NCBI GenBank assembly: GCA_035405645.1 | Contig: DAONJL010000009.1 | Location: 5,216 to 69,215 of the forward strand | Reading direction: 5' to 3' | Length of the DNA stretch: 64,000 nt | Source of the DNA: a bacterium | Lineage (GTDB): Bacteria > JAGOBX01 > DAONJL01 | Shown: positions 40,776 to 50,807 of the stretch, piece after piece | How the letters are laid out: each line of letters begins with the position of its first letter | How positions within the stretch are numbered: position 1 is the stretch's first letter | Made by a program: the position numbers and the translations under genes | The notes under the pieces: generated by a model | Told to the model about the DNA's origin: nothing | The model's database searches: none | Seen by the model: only the letters and a program-made list of their open reading frames with translations

Positions 40776-41561
40776 ATGAATAATAAAAATAATGAATTAG
40801 ATATTTTTGAAATTGCTGATGCTAAATTAAAATCAAGATTATTTGTTGGAACAGGAAAATTTGCATCAAATCAGATAATGAAAAAAGTAATAGAAATAAG
40901 CGAAACAGAAGTCGTAACAGTTTCAATGCGCCGTGTAAATTTCAATAAGATTACAGAAAATATTTTAGATTATATAAACATAGAAAAAATAAAGATAATG
41001 CCTAATACAGCTGGTGCACGTGATGCTGATGATGCGATAAAACTTGCAAGATTAGCAAAAGCAACAGGTATATCAAATTGGATAAAATTAGAGGTCACGC
41101 CAGAACCAAATTATTTATTACCAGACTCAATAGAAACATTAAAAGCAGCTGAAATATTAGTTAAAGAAGGTTTTTATGTTTTTCCATATATTGAGCCAGA
41201 CCCTATTCTTGCAAAAAGATTAGAAGAAGTTGGTTGTGCAGCTGTAATGCCACTTGGTTCACCTATTGGTTCTAATCAAGGTTTAAAATCAATTGAAATG
41301 CTTGAAATTATTATTGAACAAGCAAATGTGCCAGTAATAATTGATGCTGGTATTGGTGCGCCTTCTGACGCTGCAAAAGCAATGGAATTAGGCGCTTCTG
41401 CTGTGTTAATTAATACAGCATTAGCAACTGCAAAAAATCCATATAAAATTGCAGAAGCATTCAAATTAGCTGTTATTGGTGGTCGTGAAGGTTATTTGGC
41501 TGGTTTACCACCAAAAAAGAAAAAAGCAGAACCTTCAAGTCCAATTATTGATTTTTTATAA
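40776..41561 (+). CDS. thiG: Thiazole synthase
   Basis: LKSRLFVGTGKF N-terminus. ~260-aa TIM-barrel ThiG length. MPLGSPIGSNQG block. Confidence 0.8.
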   Translation: MNNKNNELDIFEIADAKLKSRLFVGTGKFASNQIMKKVIEISETEVVTVSMRRVNFNKITENILDYINIEKIKIMPNTAGARDADDAIKLARLAKATGISNWIKLEVTPEPNYLLPDSIETLKAAEILVKEGFYVFPYIEPDPILAKRLEEVGCAAVMPLGSPIGSNQGLKSIEMLEIIIEQANVPVIIDAGIGAPSDAAKAMELGASAVLINTALATAKNPYKIAEAFKLAVIGGREGYLAGLPPKKKKAEPSSPIIDFL

Positions 41562-41563
41562 AT

Positions 41564-41593
41564 CTTGACAATCTCTTTTAAAATATGTTATAA
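41564..41593 (+). promoter_or_regulatory. Sigma70-like promoter: TTGACA, 18-nt spacer, extended -10 TGtTATAAA. Only ~6 nt before the ATG.
   Basis: TTGACA at 41564-41569, TG at 41585-41586, TATAAA at 41588-41593. The start codon of the REC gene is at 41606 and there is no SD. Confidence 0.3.
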
Positions 41594-41605
41594 AATTTGT
41601 TTTAA

Positions 41606-41986
41606 ATGGATGATAAACCAATAGTGATCATTGATGACGATGAAACAATATTAGAAATGCTGAAGGATGTTTTAACAACTGAAAACTATAAAGTTATTAT
41701 TTACAACGAACCAAAGAAAGCGTTGAATGATATAATAAATGGTTTAAATTGCTTTGTGATTCTAACTGATATTGCAATGCCAGAACTTGATGGTTATTCA
41801 TTATATCAAAAGATAAAACAAAAACGCGATGACATCGAAGTAATTTTTATGACTGGTTTTGGCTATGATTTTAAACATACTATTGTTCGTGCAAAATTAG
41901 AAGGTTTAAAATATTGTTTATATAAACCTTTTGAACCAATAAAATTATTTAAAATTTTAAATAAAATAAAAGAAGAAAAAAAATAA
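41606..41986 (+). CDS. Single-domain response regulator (REC only)
   Basis: [14 protein letters not shown]...[15 protein letters not shown]...KPF is a receiver domain. 126 aa. Confidence 0.7.
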   Translation: MDDKPIVIIDDDETILEMLKDVLTTENYKVIIYNEPKKALNDIINGLNCFVILTDIAMPELDGYSLYQKIKQKRDDIEVIFMTGFGYDFKHTIVRAKLEGLKYCLYKPFEPIKLFKILNKIKEEKK

Positions 41987-41991
41987 AATTT

Positions 41992-42073
<82 letters not shown>

Positions 42074-42087
42074 TTTTATATTATTTA

Positions 42088-43932
42088 ATGAAAATAGAAG
42101 AAAAAGAATTTAAAGGTTTGAGTTTTAATGATGTCTTACAGAAAGCTTTAAATTACTTCAAATTAAACTCGCCAGATGATTTAATAATAACAATCAAACG
42201 AAAAGGTGGAAATTTTTTTTTCTTTAAAAAAAATTGGGTTTTAAAAATCAAACCAAAAATTTCTCAAGAAAAAAATGATTATTCTGATTTAAGAGTTGAA
42301 GAAGCCTTAAAAATTAGCGAAGAACTTGATGGTTATTTTAGCATTGATTATAAGGATAATGGTGCATATTTAACTGTTTATCCACCAGGCAAATCAGGAA
42401 AACCTGTCTCAATTGATGAAATATTAAATAGAGTAAGAGTTTTAAAACTCGAAAATGTAAATGAAGAACTAATAAAAAAAGCAGTTGCAGAAAAGAATAG
42501 TCAACCACTTCGTATTGCTGATTGGCCACACGGCGAAGCTTTAAATGCTTATTTTAAAATTGAAGTTTCAATTGATAAATTAGAAGCATATTTAATTATG
42601 TACCCACCAAAACCAGGTGGTGCTAAAATAAATGTTGAAGATATTTTTTCTGGTCTCCAATCAAAAGGAATAACTTATGGTATTTTAAATGATACAATTA
42701 AAGAGGTAATTGAAAAAGAAATTTATTTCAAAAAAATTTTAATTGCAAAAGGGCTTCCGCCAGAGAAAGGTGAAGATGCAGAAATATTTTATAAAGTTAA
42801 TTTAGAACCAAAAATAAAGCCGCAAATTATTGATGAAAAAGGAAATGTTGATTTAAAAGAACTTGGCTTTATTCAATCAATAAAAAAAGGTGATATAATA
42901 GCAGAAAAAAAATTTGCGACAAAAGGAAAAGCTGGAATAAATATTTTTGGTAAAACTATTCCAGCTATTGATGGTATTGATAAAGAATTTAATTATAATA
43001 AAGAAACAATTGAATTATCAAAAGATGGCAGTAAATTAATTTCTAAAATTGATGGTAGAATTATTGTTCGTGATAATAAATTATTTATTGAAAAAATTTT
43101 ACATATTGATAGTGATATAAACTACTCGACAGGAAATATAAATTTTGCTGGAACAGTAATAATAAATGGAAAAGTTGAAGATAATTTTAAAGTTATTGCT
43201 GATGGTGAAATAATAATAAAAAAATATGTTGGCAAAAGTTATATTTATTCGAAAGATAATATAATTATCGAAGGCGGTATATTAGGCAAAGGTGAATCAC
43301 TAATAAAATCAGAAAAAAATGTTTATGCAAAATTTATTGAAAATGGTAATGTCATAGCAGGTGAAAATATTATTGTTGATAAAGTAATTATGCATAGTAA
43401 TATTAGTGCTGGTAATACTGTATTGGTTAAAGGTGATAAAGGTGCAATTATTGGTGGTATAACAAGAGCAGGCAAACAAGTGATAGCAAAAGAATTAGGT
43501 GCAATTGGTGGAACATACACAGAAATAGAAGCAGGTGTTGACCCTGAAATTTTATTTAAAATAAATTCATTAAATGAGAAACGTGTTGAAGAATTAAAAA
43601 AAGTAAATAAAATAGCACTTGGTGTTGAGACTCTGGAAAGAAAAAAATTAAATAATACAATAAATGAAAAAGAGAGTGAACAGTTAAAGCAATTAAAAGC
43701 AATGCTTGATAGAGCGACATCAAAATTAGAAGATATTTTAAATGAAATTAATCAATTAAAAAATTTAATAAAACCAGATTATCAGGCAAAAATAAAATGC
43801 AAAAACAAAGTATTTGCTGGCACTAAAATAATTATTGCAAATTTAAATAAGTTTATCAAAGATGATAATAAATACTCTTATGTTACTTTTAAATATGGTG
43901 ATAATGATTTTAAAATATTACCTTTTGATTAA
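42088..43932 (+). CDS. FapA-like (DUF342) beta-helix protein
   Basis: Repetitive G-x-I/V beta-helix region ([29 protein letters not shown]...[16 protein letters not shown]) and a C-terminal coiled coil, typical of DUF342/FapA. 614 aa. Confidence 0.6.
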   Translation: MKIEEKEFKGLSFNDVLQKALNYFKLNSPDDLIITIKRKGGNFFFFKKNWVLKIKPKISQEKNDYSDLRVEEALKISEELDGYFSIDYKDNGAYLTVYPPGKSGKPVSIDEILNRVRVLKLENVNEELIKKAVAEKNSQPLRIADWPHGEALNAYFKIEVSIDKLEAYLIMYPPKPGGAKINVEDIFSGLQSKGITYGILNDTIKEVIEKEIYFKKILIAKGLPPEKGEDAEIFYKVNLEPKIKPQIIDEKGNVDLKELGFIQSIKKGDIIAEKKFATKGKAGINIFGKTIPAIDGIDKEFNYNKETIELSKDGSKLISKIDGRIIVRDNKLFIEKILHIDSDINYSTGNINFAGTVIINGKVEDNFKVIADGEIIIKKYVGKSYIYSKDNIIIEGGILGKGESLIKSEKNVYAKFIENGNVIAGENIIVDKVIMHSNISAGNTVLVKGDKGAIIGGITRAGKQVIAKELGAIGGTYTEIEAGVDPEILFKINSLNEKRVEELKKVNKIALGVETLERKKLNNTINEKESEQLKQLKAMLDRATSKLEDILNEINQLKNLIKPDYQAKIKCKNKVFAGTKIIIANLNKFIKDDNKYSYVTFKYGDNDFKILPFD

Positions 43933-43949
43933 ATTCAGGAAGTGTAATT

Positions 43950-44333
43950 ATGGAAAAAGAAAAAAGAATTTTCTCACGAGTAAAATTTGAGCAAAAAGTT
44001 GAATTAGAAAAAGACGGCAAAAAATATAATAATGTTGAATTACAAAATATAAGTTTAAAAGGTGCTTTCTTAAAATTGGATAATACAACTGATTTTAAAA
44101 TTGAAGATAAAATAAAAATTACTATTGTTTTAAAAGAAGAAGAAAATCTAATAATTAAAACAGAAGCAATCATCATCAGAGTAGCAGATAATGGGATTGC
44201 TGTTTATTTTGAAAAAGTTGATATTGATAGTTTTGCTAATTTAAAAAGATTAATTGAATTAAATGTTGGTGATGAAGAAATAATAAATAAAGAATTAACT
44301 GAATATTTAAAAATAAAAATGAAGAATGAATAA
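43950..44333 (+). CDS. PilZ-domain protein (putative c-di-GMP receptor)
   Basis: FSRVKFEQKV (R-rich motif) and NISLKGAFL (D/NxSxxG) in a 127-aa protein downstream of the FapA-like gene. Confidence 0.55.
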   Translation: MEKEKRIFSRVKFEQKVELEKDGKKYNNVELQNISLKGAFLKLDNTTDFKIEDKIKITIVLKEEENLIIKTEAIIIRVADNGIAVYFEKVDIDSFANLKRLIELNVGDEEIINKELTEYLKIKMKNE

Positions 44334-45123
44334 TAAAGCACAAATAATTACACTATTAACTGATTTTGGAAATAGCGATAATTATGTAGCAATGATGAAA
44401 GCAGTCATATTAAATATAAATCCAGATGTTAGATTAATTGATATAACACATAATATACAACCACAAAATATTTTATCTGCTGCATATAATTTATTTACTG
44501 CTTATTCTTATTTTCCAAAAAATACAATTCATTTAGTTGTTGTTGATCCTGGTGTTGGTTCTAATAGATTAGCATTATTAATTAAAACTAAAAATTATTA
44601 TTTTATTGGTCCTGATAATGGTGTTTTAAGTTTAGCATTACAAAATGAAAAAATTGAAAAAATAATAAATTTAACAAATAAAAAATTTTTTAACAAAAAT
44701 ATAAGTAATACATTTCATGGTCGTGATATCTTTGCACCAGTTGCGGCATATCTTTCCAAAAAAATAAAACCAGAAAATTTTGGAAATAAAATAAATAACT
44801 ATAAACAATTAGAACAAATAAAACCAGAGATAATAAACTCAAATAAAATAAAAGGTTCTGTTTTACATATTGATAATTTTGGTAATATTATTACAAATAT
44901 AAATTTTACCTTTTTCAATAAATATCTTTCTAATTTTGATTTTTTAAAAATAAAAAAAAATAAAATAAAAAAATTAGTTCGAACATATAATGACTTAAAA
45001 GAGAATGAAATTGGTTTATTATTTGGTAGTTCAAATTTTTTAGAAATATCAACAAATAAAAATAATGCTGCTGAAATTTTAAATTGTAAAATAGGTGAAA
45101 GAATATTTTTAATTAATAAATAA
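44326..45123 (+). CDS. SAM hydroxide adenosyltransferase family protein (DUF62; fluorinase/chlorinase superfamily)
   Basis: TLLTDFGNSDNYVAMMKAVI...VVVDPGVGS...GPDNGVL blocks. 265 aa. Confidence 0.7.
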   Translation: MNNKAQIITLLTDFGNSDNYVAMMKAVILNINPDVRLIDITHNIQPQNILSAAYNLFTAYSYFPKNTIHLVVVDPGVGSNRLALLIKTKNYYFIGPDNGVLSLALQNEKIEKIINLTNKKFFNKNISNTFHGRDIFAPVAAYLSKKIKPENFGNKINNYKQLEQIKPEIINSNKIKGSVLHIDNFGNIITNINFTFFNKYLSNFDFLKIKKNKIKKLVRTYNDLKENEIGLLFGSSNFLEISTNKNNAAEILNCKIGERIFLINK

Positions 45124-45135
45124 AATTTATAAAAG

Positions 45136-46407
45136 ATGCAAAGAATATTTTTTACTATATTTTTTTTAGTAAGTTTGAAACTTTTATTTGCTAATGATAT
45201 TTCAGTTTTATCAAAAGCACAACAAAATTTTCTTAAAACAATGCAAGAAAAAATAGAAAGAAAAGATTATGAGAATGCAATAAAAGAATTAGAAAAAGAA
45301 ATAAAATCAAATTCAGAAGCAAAAAATTATTTCTCTTATTTTTTATTAGCAAATGCATATTATGGAAATAAAAATATTAATAAAGCACTTGAAAATTTTT
45401 TATTAGCTTCTAATTTTGATTCCTCTTCTTTAGCAATAAATTATAATATTGGTAAAATCTATTATGAAAAAAATGATTTTAAAAATGCAGAAAAATATTT
45501 TAAAACTGCAATGAATAATATCCAACAACCAACAAAAGAATTATTTCAAATATTAGCCAATTGTTATATTATGCAAAATGATTTAATATTAGCAGAACAA
45601 ATTATTAATAAAGCAATTTTTTATTTTCCTGATGAAATTCAATTTAGATTATTATTAGTTCAAATAAAAATTGCTCAAGAAGAGTATAATGAAGCAGAAG
45701 CATTATGTAAATCATTTCTTAAAATTTTTCCTTCTAATGATGATTTATATTTATATTTAGCAAAATTAAAAATAATAAATAAAAATTATGATGAAGCAAT
45801 ATCAGAATTAACAAAATTGACTTATTTAACAAATCAAAAAAATGAAGCATTTAATTTATTAGCACAATTATATTCACAAAAAGGAATGTATAAAGAAACA
45901 ATTCAATATTTAACAGAATTAAAAAAAAATAAAACATTGACATCTGATGAATTATTTATTTTAGCAAAATCATATTATAATATTGGGAAGTATGCTGAGG
46001 CATTAAATTGCATTGAGAAAATATCAGATAAATCAGAACAATATGAAATAAAAATTTTGAAATGTAAAATTTTATATGAAATTGGAAATTACAACGAAGC
46101 AATAAAAGAATTAGAAAAACTAAAGAATAAAATTACAAATAATGGCGAAATATATTTATTAAATGGTCTATGCTACATAAAAATTAATAATTATAATGCA
46201 GCAGAAAAAGAATTAGAAATTGCAAAATTATATAACACAACAAGAGAAATTGCTTATGCAACACTTGGCGAAATAAAAATATATAAAGGCGAAATTAAAG
46301 AAGCAATAAATTTATATAATGAAGCATTAACAATAAATCCAATAAATGAAAATTATCAAAAAATAATAAATACTTTATCAAATTGGGAACAAACAATAAA
46401 AAAATAA
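45136..46407 (+). CDS. Secreted TPR-repeat protein
   Basis: Signal peptide. ~10 TPR-like 34-aa repeats (YY..G.Y..A...F). Confidence 0.65.
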   Translation: MQRIFFTIFFLVSLKLLFANDISVLSKAQQNFLKTMQEKIERKDYENAIKELEKEIKSNSEAKNYFSYFLLANAYYGNKNINKALENFLLASNFDSSSLAINYNIGKIYYEKNDFKNAEKYFKTAMNNIQQPTKELFQILANCYIMQNDLILAEQIINKAIFYFPDEIQFRLLLVQIKIAQEEYNEAEALCKSFLKIFPSNDDLYLYLAKLKIINKNYDEAISELTKLTYLTNQKNEAFNLLAQLYSQKGMYKETIQYLTELKKNKTLTSDELFILAKSYYNIGKYAEALNCIEKISDKSEQYEIKILKCKILYEIGNYNEAIKELEKLKNKITNNGEIYLLNGLCYIKINNYNAAEKELEIAKLYNTTREIAYATLGEIKIYKGEIKEAINLYNEALTINPINENYQKIINTLSNWEQTIKK

Positions 46408-46451
46408 TTTTTATACAAACTCCATAAATAGAACATAATTATCTTCTTTAC

Positions 46452-46479
46452 TTGACTAAATAAAAAAATATAATATAAT
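46452..46479 (+). promoter_or_regulatory. Sigma70-like promoter TTGACT, 16-nt spacer, TATAAT
   Basis: TTGACT at 46452-46457 and TATAAT at 46474-46479, ~50 nt upstream of the 46531 start codon. Confidence 0.35.
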
Positions 46480-46530
46480 GTTCAATATATGAACACTAAT
46501 TTTAAAATCTAAAAATTTTTCTAAAAAATT

Positions 46531-47112
46531 ATGTCAATTGTAAACGAAAAAGAATATAAAATATTAGATATAATTGAAAAAGAAAAAAATGTTTCGCAAA
46601 GAAAAATTGCGAATAATTTAGGTATCTCGCTTGGCCTTGTTAATTTATTCCTTAAAAAATTAGTAAAAAAAGGTCTTATAAAAATACATAAAAGTTCAAG
46701 TAAAAAAAGTTTAAAATATTTACTTACAAAAGAGGGCTTTAAAGAGCGATTAAATTTTAATTTATATTATCTTAAAAAAAATATATATTATTTTTCAAAT
46801 GCAAAAGAAGTTATTTTAAAAAAATTGAATGAATTAAATAATGAAAATGAAATTAAAGATATTTTTATTTTTGGTATTGATGATTGGTCTGAAATTTTAT
46901 TTCTTTGCGCTATAAATTTTAATTTTAATATTCTTGGATTTATAAATAATTCAAATGAGAACAATATAACTAATAAATTTGGTTTAAAAGTTTATGAACC
47001 TTCAGAATTGGTAGAAATAAAAAAACCAGTTCTCATTTTAGGTAGTATTGAAAAAAAAGAGATAATCCAAAAAAATTTTAATGATGTTTTTTTTAAAATT
47101 ATTTATTTTTAG
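46531..47112 (+). CDS. Winged-helix (MarR/HTH_24-like) transcriptional regulator with uncharacterised C-terminal domain
   Basis: N-terminal EKEKNVSQRKIANNLGISLGLVNLFLKKLVKKGLIKI is a typical wHTH recognition-helix/wing pattern. Confidence 0.4.
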   Translation: MSIVNEKEYKILDIIEKEKNVSQRKIANNLGISLGLVNLFLKKLVKKGLIKIHKSSSKKSLKYLLTKEGFKERLNFNLYYLKKNIYYFSNAKEVILKKLNELNNENEIKDIFIFGIDDWSEILFLCAINFNFNILGFINNSNENNITNKFGLKVYEPSELVEIKKPVLILGSIEKKEIIQKNFNDVFFKIIYF

Positions 47113-47158
47113 TTTCTATTTGACAAATTGCAAAATAATAATAATAATTAAATAATAA

Positions 47159-48379
47159 ATGATTAAGAAAATACTTAAAATTTATCTTATTGTCATTCTA
47201 ATTATTATTGTTTTTTTGTTTGTTTATAAGGTTATTAGTGATTATCAAAAACTAAAAACAATAATTAAAAAAGGGATACAATATAAACCAATAAGTAGAT
47301 ATGTAGATTTAAAGGAAACAATCAAACTACAAAACATTCAAGGAAGAGTATTATTAGTAAGTGATACAGGCTTAATAACAATAATTAAACAACCAATTGA
47401 AGTAAAAGAAGGTTCAATAATTGAAGTTGATGGTAATAGTTCAGCAGAATGTTTATCACAAAATGGAATACTTTTATTAGAAGATAATACAAAAATAAAA
47501 GTAGCAAAAGTATTTGAAAAAACATTATTGGATTATAATGAAATAAAATTTGAATTAAAAGAAGGAAAAGTTACTGCAAATGTTTGGGGTTCATTAACAA
47601 AAAAATTAACATTTGAAATAAAAACACCAGTAGCAGTTGTAGGAGTGCGTGGCACAAAATTTCAAATCGTATCATTAAATAAAATCTCTACAATTAAATG
47701 TTTTGAAGGCACTATTTTTGTTTTTGATAATAATAGAAATTTTTCTTTCTTAAAAGAAGGACAAATGACACAAATTATTGAAAATAATCAAAAAATTAAA
47801 ATCGATACATTCGCTGTCGAAAATGAATATATTAATTGGTTTGATGAAACAATGAAATATAAAGAAGAAAAAATTCGTTCTGAACGAGATTTGTTATTAA
47901 AAGAAGATGTATTATTATTAAAAAAAGTCCAGGAAGAACCAATAATAGAATATGAAAAAAATTATGAATTACAGGAATATATAAAAAAACAAGCACAGAT
48001 GAGAATGGTTTCTGAAGAGACAAAACAAAATAATGAAGAAAAGGTAGAAATCACAAATGAAGGGAAAAAAGAAGAAAGAGAGAAAATAGTTCCTTTAAAA
48101 GATGAGAAAGAAAAAGAAAAAACAGAATCAGTGAAAAAAGAAGAGACTGAACCTGAAAAAGCAAAAGGAAAAAAAGATTTAGAAGAATATGTTATAAATA
48201 AATATAAGAAACAATATGGAGCAGATTGGGAGAAAAAATACAATGCTGATAAAGAAGCAAACAAAGAGAAAAAAATAGATGATTTAATTAAAACAAAAGA
48301 AGCAGAGAGAGAATTTAAAAAGATAGAAAAACGATTTGATGTTGACCGAACAAAGCAAGTAAAAGATTATATACGATAA
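47159..48379 (+). CDS. FecR-domain membrane protein with long Lys/Glu-rich coiled-coil tail
   Basis: N-terminal TM anchor. VAVVGVRGTKFQI matches the FecR-domain GT.F block. The C-terminal ~170 aa are K/E low-complexity. Confidence 0.5.
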   Translation: MIKKILKIYLIVILIIIVFLFVYKVISDYQKLKTIIKKGIQYKPISRYVDLKETIKLQNIQGRVLLVSDTGLITIIKQPIEVKEGSIIEVDGNSSAECLSQNGILLLEDNTKIKVAKVFEKTLLDYNEIKFELKEGKVTANVWGSLTKKLTFEIKTPVAVVGVRGTKFQIVSLNKISTIKCFEGTIFVFDNNRNFSFLKEGQMTQIIENNQKIKIDTFAVENEYINWFDETMKYKEEKIRSERDLLLKEDVLLLKKVQEEPIIEYEKNYELQEYIKKQAQMRMVSEETKQNNEEKVEITNEGKKEEREKIVPLKDEKEKEKTESVKKEETEPEKAKGKKDLEEYVINKYKKQYGADWEKKYNADKEANKEKKIDDLIKTKEAEREFKKIEKRFDVDRTKQVKDYIR

Positions 48380-48390
48380 ATAATTCTGCA

Positions 48391-49326
48391 ATGATTAAAA
48401 ATTTTATTAGACTGTTAAGTCCAGCAAAAGTTAATCTTTATTTAAAAATAATCAATAAACGAAAAGACAATTATCATAATATATTTTCTATTTTTCATAC
48501 AATAAATTTATATGATGAAATATATATCAAAGAAAATAAATTTGATAAGTTTCAATTAAAAATTGTTGATGAATTATCAAAGAAATTAAGTAAAACAGAA
48601 AAAGAAAAATACAGTGAATTAATTAAATGTGATGAAAAGAATCTGATATTTAAAGCATTAAATAAAATGCGAACAAAATATAAGATAAATAAATTTTACG
48701 AAATAAAATTAATAAAACGAATACCAATCGGTGGTGGACTTGGTGGTGGCAGTAGTAATGCAGCACAAATAATTAAATTTATAAATAAATATGAAAAATT
48801 AAAATTAAGTTATAATGATATGATAAAAATCTGCAGAGAAATAGGGGCTGATGTTCCATACTTTATTAAAGGTGGTTTAGCATTAGTTTCTGGTATTGGT
48901 GATAAAATAATAAATTACAATTTTAATTTAGACTTAAAAATATTATTAATCTATCCAAAGATAAATACCTCAACAAAAGCAGTATATGAAAATTTTAAAT
49001 TTGACTTGACAAAGAAAAATAAGAAATATAAAATAGAACGATTTATTAATAAAAAAGAAATATTAAATTTTTTAAAAGAAAAAAATTATAATAATGATTT
49101 AGAAAAAAGTTGTTTTGAATTATATCCAGAATTAAAAGAAATAAAAGAAACAATTATAAAGAATTATGATTATGAAAAAGTATTTTTAACAGGAAGCGGT
49201 TCGACAATGTGTGTAATATTAGATGAAAAGAGAAAGGAGAGTGATAGACAGTTAAAAACATTAAAAAAAGAATTTAAAGATTTGGTAATGTATGAAACCT
49301 TCACATCAAAGGTTTTAAAATTTTAA
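48391..49326 (+). CDS. ispE: 4-diphosphocytidyl-2-C-methyl-D-erythritol kinase
   Basis: PAKVNLYLKI N-terminus. GHMP kinase motif IPIGGGLGGGSSNAA. Confidence 0.8.
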   Translation: MIKNFIRLLSPAKVNLYLKIINKRKDNYHNIFSIFHTINLYDEIYIKENKFDKFQLKIVDELSKKLSKTEKEKYSELIKCDEKNLIFKALNKMRTKYKINKFYEIKLIKRIPIGGGLGGGSSNAAQIIKFINKYEKLKLSYNDMIKICREIGADVPYFIKGGLALVSGIGDKIINYNFNLDLKILLIYPKINTSTKAVYENFKFDLTKKNKKYKIERFINKKEILNFLKEKNYNNDLEKSCFELYPELKEIKETIIKNYDYEKVFLTGSGSTMCVILDEKRKESDRQLKTLKKEFKDLVMYETFTSKVLKF

Positions 49327-49346
49327 ATTTTAGGAGGACAACTTTA

Positions 49347-49658
49347 ATGAATATCAGTGAGGTAAGAGTAAAAGCAGTTCAATCACGAAATGGCAAATTA
49401 AAAGGCTGGGCATCAGTAACATTTGATAACGCATTTGTAATTCATAATATGAAAATAATAGAAGGTAAGAGTGGAAAATTTGTTGCTATGCCAAATCGAA
49501 AGACAAAAGAAGGCGGCTACAAAGATATTGCACATCCTATAAATAATGAAATGCGAAAATTAATTGAAACAAAAGTATTAGGTGAATATGAAAAAGTTGC
49601 AGCAAGCACAAGTAAGAGTGAAACAAAAAGTAGCGATACAGAAGTTCAACATTTATAA
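49347..49658 (+). CDS. spoVG: Septation protein SpoVG
   Basis: MNISEVRVKAV...GKLKGWASVTFDNAFVIHNMKIIEGKSGKFVAMP is near-canonical SpoVG. Preceded by a GGAGG SD. Confidence 0.85.
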   Translation: MNISEVRVKAVQSRNGKLKGWASVTFDNAFVIHNMKIIEGKSGKFVAMPNRKTKEGGYKDIAHPINNEMRKLIETKVLGEYEKVAASTSKSETKSSDTEVQHL

Positions 49659-49681
49659 AAGTTAGTAAAATAAAATAAAGC

Positions 49682-49756
49682 TGGAGCGTAGCCAAACGGC
49701 AAGGCAGTGGACTTTGGCTCCACCATTTGCAGGTTCGAATCCTGCCGCTCCAGCCA
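49682..49756 (+). tRNA. tRNA-Gln(UUG)
   Basis: TGGAGCG/CGCTCCA acceptor with U1-A72 and G73. D-arm GCC-AAACGGCAA-GGC. Anticodon stem GTGGA/TCCAC. Loop CTTTGGC gives TTG. T-arm GCAGG-TTCGAAT-CCTGC. CCA encoded. Confidence 0.85.
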
Positions 49757-49775
49757 AATTTTTTTAAAAGAAAAT

Positions 49776-50774
49776 ATGGCAGAAATAAAAATAATTACTC
49801 ATATTGATTTTGATGGAATATTTAGTGGTGCTATTTTATTAAATGAATTAAAACAAAAAAATATCAGTGCTGATTTAATTTTAGCCATTCCAAAATATTT
49901 AGATAAACCATTTCAGGAATTATCTTCAAGTTTTTCTAAAATCAAACAAATCTATATTGCTGACTTATCATTAAATGAAAATTTAATTGAACAAATCGAA
50001 CCATCACTTGATACCTTGAAAAAACAAGGCACAGAGATATTCTGGTATGACCACCATCAATGGACACCATCAGCATTAGCAACTGCAAGAAAATATTGTT
50101 CTGAATTATTAGTTATAACAAAATACAAAACAGCAGCAGAGTTAATGGTAGTAGAAAAACAATTTAATAATGAGTATTCAAAAAAACTTATAAGAACAAT
50201 AAAAAGTCAATATGCAAACAAAGAAGAAGAAAAATGGGGCGAGGAATGGAAATATTTTTTAAATGCTATTGGTAATGAAAATATAAATTTTACTGATATA
50301 GAAAATGCAATAAAAAAATTAGCAGCAAATAAGCAATTTAATTTTTTCGAAAAATTAAAAATTAAAAGGATAGCAAAATTAAAAGATAAAATATCAAATT
50401 TTATAAATAAAGAACATCGAATAGAAACAACAGAAAAAAATCATAAATTTGTAATAGTAGATTTGCGTGAAGCAAAAAATATGAATCAAATGGTTAGTCG
50501 TGATATTGCGAATGCTAAAAATGTTGATTTTTATGTTTCTGTGCTGGATAATAATAGATTACAAATTGGTCGTGGTAAAAATTATAAACTAAATTTTAAA
50601 CCATTATTAGAACTTAAAGAATATAAAGGTATAAAATATTCAATTAAAGGCCATAGTTATGTAGTTGCAGTTTATTTTACACCTGGTTTTTTTAGTATTT
50701 TAAAAAGCATTTTTACTGGCAAATTAAATACAGAAATTGAAACTATTATTGATTTATTAAAAGAAAGATATTAA
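49776..50774 (+). CDS. Putative DHH-family phosphoesterase-like protein
   Basis: ITHIDFDGIFSGAIL resembles the DHH motif-I region. Start moved to ATG 49776 because the longer ORF overlaps the tRNA. Confidence 0.35.
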   Translation: MAEIKIITHIDFDGIFSGAILLNELKQKNISADLILAIPKYLDKPFQELSSSFSKIKQIYIADLSLNENLIEQIEPSLDTLKKQGTEIFWYDHHQWTPSALATARKYCSELLVITKYKTAAELMVVEKQFNNEYSKKLIRTIKSQYANKEEEKWGEEWKYFLNAIGNENINFTDIENAIKKLAANKQFNFFEKLKIKRIAKLKDKISNFINKEHRIETTEKNHKFVIVDLREAKNMNQMVSRDIANAKNVDFYVSVLDNNRLQIGRGKNYKLNFKPLLELKEYKGIKYSIKGHSYVVAVYFTPGFFSILKSIFTGKLNTEIETIIDLLKERY

Positions 50775-50807
50775 ACATAAACATACCATAAATTTTTTCT
50801 CGATTGT

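Noticed and set aside
49707-49775. Longer N-terminal extension of the DHH-like ORF (MDFGSTICRFESCRSS...)
   Set aside because: It would overlap tRNA-Gln (49682-49756). The start was moved to ATG 49776.
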